The notes under the pieces were generated by a model, which saw nothing but the letters and a program-made list of their open reading frames with translations, made no database searches and was not told where the DNA came from. A stretch of 64,000 nucleotides of DNA from a virus (Duplodnaviria > Heunggongvirae > Uroviricota > Caudoviricetes). Where the stretch lies: IMG/VR virus record IMGVR_UViG_3300017565_000017, positions 64,779 through 128,778 of that record; one strand, written 5' to 3'. This document shows, piece after piece, positions 57,949-64,000 of the stretch (position 1 is its first letter; every line of letters starts with the position of its first letter). A program made the position numbers and the translations under genes.

Positions 57949-58355
57949 AGAGCAAGACACTTCTCGAGGGGTTATCCTATGATAACCACCGGAGAAAAAT
58001 CCTGCCCGCGTTTGAGGGCCAGCTTCGCATCGCGGCGCTTGACCTTCTCGGACTTTACATGAGCTCCAGCGCCTTGGCGCTTAAGCACGGCCACCGCAAC
58101 ATGATTGCGAGGCTTCTTGCTAACGTGTTTGATACTCTTTGCCATCATCTTCTCCGTGGGAGACTACACAGCCTCTCGTACCCTTTTCACACATGCGGCT
58201 ACTGATTAGATTCACCTTACAGTGCTTGCGAAGCTCATCTAGACGAGCGTTTGCCTCTGCCAACAACTGAGAGGCTTCAGGTTCTTTAAACCCCAGAACC
58301 TCAAAGAGGTTGTCGTCTGCTGGAGTAGTATGCGCTGGACCTGACATAGACACTC

Positions 58356-58889
58356 CTAAGGGAATTGGGTTTTGCGTTTTCTATTCATTAGATTCAAGCC
58401 CTGACCCACTCTACCGGGTTTAAAGCCTTCTGGAATTGGATCAGAGGAGCGAATCTTTCGATTCGTGGAGCCGTCCGTGATCCAACGGGTTCCATACTGG
58501 GAATTTCGCTCATTCAGATAAGATGAGTGTGCGGTAGCTTCGAAAGCTATTCGGGTACGTTTTCCACGTGCCACATTTGCCGCAGTTCCATACTTAGTAA
58601 GTTGAGCGGATGCACTTCTCATCTTATCAGATATCTTTCGCTCTAGAACGTTTTGTTGCTGAGTAGTGAACCTACAGTTCCCAACCTCGTAGGGTCCTTC
58701 GTCTCCATATCGGGCCAACACGTAATTCTTACCCGAGAATCCTAGATCAGAGGACCGCAGCCCAGCCTCTGCTACCAAGAAACACCAGTCTTCGTAATTC
58801 AGCTTGAACTCGATTTTCATCTGTTTAGCTTGGGCGCGTTTTCGCCGGAACTTCCTATACAGATTACCGTCGTCATTCAGGCTATTCAT
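58356..58889 (-). CDS. Homing-endonuclease-like protein (paralog of 53601-54185)
   Basis: YEDWCFLVAEAGLRSSDLGFSGKNYVLARYGDEGPYEVGNCRF, ERNSQYGTRWITDGSTNRKI..IPEGF. Confidence 0.4.
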   Translation of the reverse strand: MNSLNDDGNLYRKFRRKRAQAKQMKIEFKLNYEDWCFLVAEAGLRSSDLGFSGKNYVLARYGDEGPYEVGNCRFTTQQQNVLERKISDKMRSASAQLTKYGTAANVARGKRTRIAFEATAHSSYLNERNSQYGTRWITDGSTNRKIRSSDPIPEGFKPGRVGQGLNLMNRKRKTQFP

Positions 58890-58904
58890 GCTACAGTCCG
58901 AAAC

Positions 58905-58982
58905 TGGTAGGGGTGGAGGGACTCGAACCCTCGACCTCGGCCTTAAAAGGGCCTTGCTCTAAACCAACTGAGCTACACCCCC
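58905..58982 (-). tRNA. tRNA-Lys(TTT)
   Basis: Anticodon loop CTTTTAA. A27-G43 mismatch. Confidence 0.75.
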
Positions 58983-59333
58983 AAAAAGGACACGCTCGTC
59001 CGGGTAACATACATCATCCGGCACACCAGCGTGTCCACAAACTTAACGAAAGATCTTGTTTATGATGTCGAACGCACGATCCCCATACACGAGCTTCATA
59101 GCCTCTTCATACACATAGTGAGGGGTATCCTCGTCAAGATGACCGTTATCGACATCCTCTTGCATCATCCTGTCGACACTATTGACGAAATCCGAATACC
59201 GATCAACATCCAATGGAACTCGGACCAGTTCAAGCTCGCCCGATTCTTGCGCTGTGCGGCGAGCGAGCTCTGCGCGCAATTCGTCAAGACTGGCATTCGA
59301 TAGATTGGACATGAAGATCCGGGTCCTTGTAAT

Positions 59334-59410
59334 TGGAAGCGGGGGTTGGATTCGAACCAACGACACCGGGGATATGAGCCCCGTGCTCTGACCAACTGAG
59401 CTACCCCGCG
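59334..59410 (-). tRNA. Initiator-like tRNA-Met(CAT)
   Basis: 5' CGCGGGG with unpaired C1-T72. Three consecutive G-C pairs closing the anticodon stem (GGG/CCC). Loop CTCATAT. These are hallmarks of bacterial tRNA-fMet. Confidence 0.75.
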
Positions 59411-60032
59411 ACAGAACTAATTAAGGTGGGCGCTCCAGCGAAGCACGAACCCGGATTCCCGTATAATGACCGGAGGCGCGTTCTCTAGGCGCTCAAGCAT
59501 TGAGACTATACGGAGTCAACGCTATATTTGCCCTAGAATCAACCGCCCGTGAGTGCCGGAGCGCCCACCTTAATTAGCTACAGTAAAAACATTGTACCCC
59601 GTTTTACAGGGGTACGCAAGCATTATTTGTTAATTTGCATGCGCGCCATAACCGCCTCGGCCGCAGCTTCCCAGGCTTCCTTGATTCGAAGATCGAGGTC
59701 AGACCACTTAGGAAGCGGAGCACCACTCACCAGACTTTTCCAGCCAGTGTGGGAGCAGTAGGCCTCATATGCTCGTTGCCCATCGGTACGATTGAGCTCA
59801 GACAGCAGTTCTGTTCTTTGATTTTCCATTCAAATATGCCTCTCGGATGCGCTTAGATTCCGGAACCATTCCCCTCATCTGCATTCGGGTGTACGTCGCT
59901 TCAAAGGTGAAATTCTCAGACTTGGAGATACGCCAAAGCATATGATTCCAATCTCGGTCCTGAGTTCGCGGACCGCGCCCTTTGACTGAACGCTTTACTG
60001 CACGATAAATGCTTGTCATTGTATGAAGGTCT

Positions 60033-60107
60033 TGGTGCGGGGACCGGGCCTCGAACCCGGGACAAGAGTTTGGAAGACTCCCGTTTTGCCAACTAAACTA
60101 TCCACGC
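60033..60107 (-). tRNA. tRNA-Gly(TCC)
   Basis: Anticodon loop CTTCCAA. One acceptor mismatch. Confidence 0.75.
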
Positions 60108-60396
60108 ATGTATATTTACGCCACGGAAACGTACAACCTTCGGACCCTACATTGGGTCGTTTACCAAACGAAGTGGATCCTAGATGGATTAGTCTTCGTA
60201 AGGAGGAAGGTTGGCATCCTCAGGCATCGCATTGGGCTTATGCTCAGGAAACAAACGCCATGTGAAATTCACATCAGGCGTGTTTGTCGCTGGGCTGGCT
60301 TCACGGATCGCGGCGAGCTGATTGTCGGTCAGCGGGCCGTCATCCTTCTCGTATCGTGGTTCCATGATAGATCCTTGGTTTGTATGAGATTTAAAT

Positions 60397-60484
60397 TGGC
60401 GGGTACACCAGGACTCGAACCTGGAAGCCCCTTTCGGAACTACGGATTAGCAATCCGTTGCCTTAACCCTTCGGCCATGTACCC
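60397..60484 (-). tRNA. tRNA-Ser(GCT)
   Basis: Anticodon loop TTGCTAA, long variable arm, 88 nt. Confidence 0.85.
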
Positions 60485-61166
60485 GGGTGATCTTACACGA
60501 CCCCGAGCTCGAGATTCGCCCGCGATACATACAGATAGATGTAGCGCTGGTCTTCATCATCGGGGTCCGAAACCTCGTAACCGAGGTCTTCCGCCTTAAA
60601 CCGAACCGTCACCAAATGGGGTTCCGGAGGCTGTTGTTTGAACTCTTCTAGGGCCAATCCGACAGTCCCAGCTTCGACTTCCGCATGAGTAGCGGATTCT
60701 TTGATACGTTCGCGAATGCGAACTGCATACTGGCTGGATTCTTTGTCGTACATTGATGCCTTGTAAATGGAGGACCGGGAAACGCAGTAACCACCATACC
60801 CTCCGGGACATGACCCCCGTACTCTTTGGTTTTCCTTGTTCCCCTCGGGGCGCTACCCCGGGTCCATTGATCTTAGTGATCGAAGTTGATCTTACCGTCC
60901 TCTTGAGAACGCCATTCTTCGACCTGCTTGGAACCTTCCTCCGATTCCTCGTAGTCTTTACGAGCATGCGGGTTCAGGTCATCGTATTCATCTTTGGTCA
61001 CGAGGCACGCTCGATCTGCTTACGCGCAGCAAGCGCACGTTTGAAGGCAGGTGTCGGCTCTTTCGGGGCCGCTTGCAGCGCATTGACCAGTGCCTTGGAA
61101 TCGCGCTCGGACAGCTTGATGAGAACTTCCGGACTCTTGTTCATAACAACTCCAATGACTATGTAA

Positions 61167-61259
61167 TGGCGGATGGTGAGAGGGTCGAACTCTCAAGGCT
61201 ATTTCTAGCTCGGCGGTTTTCAAGACCGATCCCGTCGCCGACTGTCGGGTTGACCATCC
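61167..61259 (-). tRNA. tRNA-Ser(TGA), unusually long D-region
   Basis: Anticodon loop CTTGAAA, variable-arm hairpin GCTA-GAAA-TAGC, 93 nt. Confidence 0.65.
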
Positions 61260-62108
61260 TAGATCTTACTTCCAGCAGATCGCTGCTGGAATAGTTATCG
61301 TGTCGTAGGTAATCGGATGCTCCGATTCTACCCCACAGTAGTGCATCTTGCGTCCGGAAATATAAGAATCCTGACGCACGTTCAGGTAGACAAATTTCCA
61401 ACGCAAGCGTCTGGCTCGCATCTTCATGCTATTTCCTTCTGATCTTAATCACTGACAAGTAAAGACCACCTTTCGGCAGCCTTTCCCGTGCGAGCACCAC
61501 AGTGACCTTCCTTGATTTAGAATCTACTTCACGAACGACCTTTGGGCCTAACCGCTTCTGTCTCATCTTCATAGGAAGGTTTTTAAATTGGGGGTTGCTC
61601 AGGATTCGAACCTGAGTAATTTCCATGACACAGTCCCTAGCACCGAGAACCGTACATCACACACTGAGAGGTCCGACTTTCGACGAACATGAGCGATGAT
61701 CCCATAGCCTCGCGAGCGTCTCTGCGACAGCGGGCGTTTTATCCACTTAAACTATCAACCCATTGAAACTCTGGAGGACCTGTAAGAATCGAACTTAGCA
61801 ACCTCTGCGCACCCCAGCCTCACACCCTGACTCTCATCCAGACTCTCAACCCTGCTCCGCCGAGAGCCTAGGAACCTCTCGGATGGCTTTTAACCAGGAC
61901 GGATCTGTTGACGGAAATAGTTGACGGATGCTGTTGGTGGTAACTATAGCAGCGCTCTTCCCTTGAGCTAAGGTCCATAAACTTTCTTAAGATGGGACTC
62001 TGCGGGCCGGGCAGCAAAGGAGGGAGGCATGTGGCAGAAAGAACAAGACTAGAGGAAGACCTGAAGTCGACGAGCAGAGCCCCGACTTAAGAAAGTTATT
62101 TACGGTAA

Positions 62109-62385
62109 GAATGAATTGGTTCGGTCAGCCCTAGCCTCAGCTGGATATAATTTCGGGACTGTTGCCTCAACGTGTGTTGCAGAAAGTCTCTTGAGGTCCT
62201 ATCCTCGCAACCCCTAGCTCATCGTCATGTAGACTTCACGAACACCGTAACCGGAGCTAGCTCTAGGAGCTATCGAGCGGAACTGCCGTGTATGAAGTCG
62301 TGCGCACCGTACTCTAGCCAGTAGAGATATACCCGATTCGTTAGGAATCCATCGGGCTTTTTCTCAGGCTGACCGAACCAATTCA
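62109..62385. repeat. 22-bp perfect inverted repeat pair (GAATGAATTGGTTCGGTCAGCC / GGCTGACCGAACCAATTCATTC) spaced about 235 bp apart
   Basis: Left copy at 62109-62130, right copy at 62364-62385, both inside an ORF-free region. Confidence 0.8.
62328..62364 (+). terminator. Possible plus-strand terminator-like hairpin plus U-tract
   Basis: CCCGAT..ATCGGG followed by CTTTTTCT. Large loop. Confidence 0.35.
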
Positions 62386-62511
62386 TTCTAGTTGTTAAAG
62401 AGCGGGGTAATTAACGCGGCGTTTGCTTGTTTGCTGCGTTAATCACCATAAACATAATTATACACGCGCCAGTAAAACACGCAAGCGCTTTACATGGCTA
62501 AATTGTAACTG

Positions 62512-63174
62512 TTAGGCTTGCGTGTCCTGACCCTGACCTTGAGCTCGAGCTCGCGCTTCATACTCACGGACCATTTCATCGAACGCTTTCTTGCCCGCGT
62601 TGTACGCCTCTTCATGGGAAGTGAAGCGATGCGCAGCCAGCCATTCGGCGGTACGGGAGCTCGGGGACAACTCTTCCACCCACTCACCTGCAAGAGACAA
62701 GCACGAGCCAAAGGTATCACGAACAGCCCACGTCACGGCATTACTACTACGATTGACCCCCTTCTGTACCACAACGAAAATGAATTCCTTGTAGTCGAAG
62801 CGGAACTCCGATACGTCAGGAGCCCAGGTTTCCCAGGACATATACGCATGCGTCAAATGACAGTCTTCGTCATAGATACCTGCACGCTGCGATATGTACA
62901 ACGATTCCGCAGGAGTGTAGTCCCAGAGCTTAGGGCGCTTTTGAGTGCCGTCCGCGTTCTTAGTGCGGCGACCCTCGCGCCACAGAGCGAACGCGGCGCG
63001 TACAACGGGGTCTGAGTATAGTCCGTCCGGGTCGCGTTTGAAGTTGTCTTCGCCTTTCGGATGATCCGGAAAGGTATAAGCCCAATCTAGCTGGAAATAC
63101 TTACGATCAAAATACTGATCGTCTTTCGGATCGATGTATTCTTGCTCCGAGGCCGGTGTCTTTTCAATGCCCAT
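62512..63174 (-). CDS. Hypothetical protein
   Basis: 220 aa. Confidence 0.5.
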   Translation of the reverse strand: MGIEKTPASEQEYIDPKDDQYFDRKYFQLDWAYTFPDHPKGEDNFKRDPDGLYSDPVVRAAFALWREGRRTKNADGTQKRPKLWDYTPAESLYISQRAGIYDEDCHLTHAYMSWETWAPDVSEFRFDYKEFIFVVVQKGVNRSSNAVTWAVRDTFGSCLSLAGEWVEELSPSSRTAEWLAAHRFTSHEEAYNAGKKAFDEMVREYEARARAQGQGQDTQA

Positions 63175-63182
63175 GTTTATCC

Positions 63183-63208
63183 AATAAAAAAGCGCCCCGA
63201 AGGGCGCT
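63183..63208 (-). terminator. Rho-independent terminator (minus strand)
   Basis: On the minus strand AGCGCCC-TTCG-GGGCGCT is followed by TTTTTTATT. Confidence 0.7.
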
Positions 63209-63212
63209 CTGG

Positions 63213-63812
63213 TTACGCGTGAGTGCGTAGTGCGGTAGTCATGGAGCTGATGTCCGCGTAAGCGCTCTTGGTGCCTGCGGCGTTTGCCGCAAAGCCGCGA
63301 GTAGTGTTCGCGCTGATACCGTAAGCGGCCCCGGCCTGGAAGGCGTCCTGGTTTGCAGCTAGGAAGATGAACTTCCAGTTGTGCTGCTCAGCGTGGGTGA
63401 TCATTTCCTTGATCTGCTGAGCGCTGTATTCGCGGCTGGCGTTTTCCTCGCCATCGGTGAGAATCGTGACGATCACCAGATCCGCCCAATTCTCGTCATG
63501 AATGCGCTTGCCTTGAACATTCAGGGTCTGGCCGATAGCGTCTTGCAAAGCAGTGCTGCCGCGTGGCATCAGCGTGAACTGGGGAACAGCCTGCAAGTCC
63601 AGCTTTTCGTACTGCGTTTCGACTTGTGAGTCGAAGATGACACTGGTAACACGCACTTCGCCGCCGACCTTCTTCTGCTCTTCGATGAAGTTATTGAAGC
63701 CCCCTTCGGCGTCCCGCTTGATCGAGCTCATGGAGCCCGAGCGGTCGGTGATCATGATGATCTCGGTTTTCAGGGAAGGTGTGTTGGTAGCGTTATTGGC
63801 AACGTTTGCCAT
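63213..63812 (-). CDS. von Willebrand factor type A (vWA) domain protein
   Basis: MIDAS motif IIMITDRSGSMSS plus ILTDGEEN. 199 aa. Confidence 0.7.
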   Translation of the reverse strand: MANVANNATNTPSLKTEIIMITDRSGSMSSIKRDAEGGFNNFIEEQKKVGGEVRVTSVIFDSQVETQYEKLDLQAVPQFTLMPRGSTALQDAIGQTLNVQGKRIHDENWADLVIVTILTDGEENASREYSAQQIKEMITHAEQHNWKFIFLAANQDAFQAGAAYGISANTTRGFAANAAGTKSAYADISSMTTALRTHA

Positions 63813-63843
63813 ATAAATCTCCTAGAACGGAGGATTAGGGAAA

Positions 63844-63920
63844 TGGCGCGACTAGAGAGATTCGAACTCCCGACCTGAGGATTAGAAGGCCTCTGCTCTA
63901 TCCGGCTGAGCTATAGTCGC
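63844..63920 (-). tRNA. tRNA-Arg(TCT)
   Basis: Anticodon loop CTTCTAA, CCA encoded. Confidence 0.8.
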
Positions 63921-64000
63921 ATGTGTTTATTTACGCTCCCGCAAGCAGTGCTCAGGGATTGTGAATGACGGGTAATCCCCGGTAGGATCCAGAGTCACCG

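Noticed and set aside
60108-60599. Plus-strand 163-aa ORF
   Set aside because: It overlaps two minus-strand tRNA genes (Gly, Ser) and has no SD. Likely spurious.
61895-61930. Group I intron P7-like motif (GGAAATAGTTGACGGATG)
   Set aside because: It lies on the plus strand, opposite to the tRNA-like halves. It is better explained as a local direct repeat TGTTGACGGA x2. It cannot be assessed without a covariance model.

Overview
This window is a 64-kb segment of a large, tRNA-rich tailed-phage genome, probably a myovirus of a high-GC proteobacterium. The host guess rests on GC3-rich codon usage and an AlgP/H1-like KPAA-repeat protein. It has three parts. (1) 1-15763, minus strand: a Mu/P2-like baseplate and tail module. 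In transcription order it runs from a tube-like protein through a coiled-coil tape measure, an SLT-domain lysin, a LysM protein, hub, gpV-like spike, gp25/GPW-like wedge and gpJ/gpI-like proteins to two tail fibers (one with a DUF3751 N-terminus) and a partial tail-fiber assembly chaperone at the left edge. (2) 16071-45199, plus strand: about 60 early or accessory genes. Most are driven by sigma70-like promoters (TTGCnn, 17 bp spacer, TATAAT) followed by a conserved CCCTAACCGTATAGG..TACCCC box immediately upstream of SD-less start codons. Notable products are a DUF2786 protein, a P-loop kinase, two secreted Gly-rich proteins, a histone-H1/AlgP-like protein, a flotillin, a polyamine/YgiBC-like cluster, two paralogous AAA+ ATPases and several rho-independent terminators. 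The polyamine/YgiBC-like cluster comprises a saccharopine-dehydrogenase/homospermidine-synthase-like enzyme, a DUF1190 lipoprotein, four small Cys/His paralogs, a glutathionylspermidine-synthase-like ligase and a DUF350 membrane protein. (3) 45591-64000, minus strand: an array of about 24 tRNA genes (including an initiator-like tRNA-Met and two degenerate tRNA-like elements) interspersed with small ORFs. These ORFs include a PTH2-type peptidyl-tRNA hydrolase, two paralogous homing-endonuclease-like proteins, an XRE-family HTH protein, an antitoxin-like protein and a vWA protein. Several ORF-free, repeat-bearing regions, for example 61.6-62.5 kb, also lie in this arm. All calls are from manual reading of the sequence and ORF translations. 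No database search or RNA-folding software was run, so family assignments are motif-level inferences.
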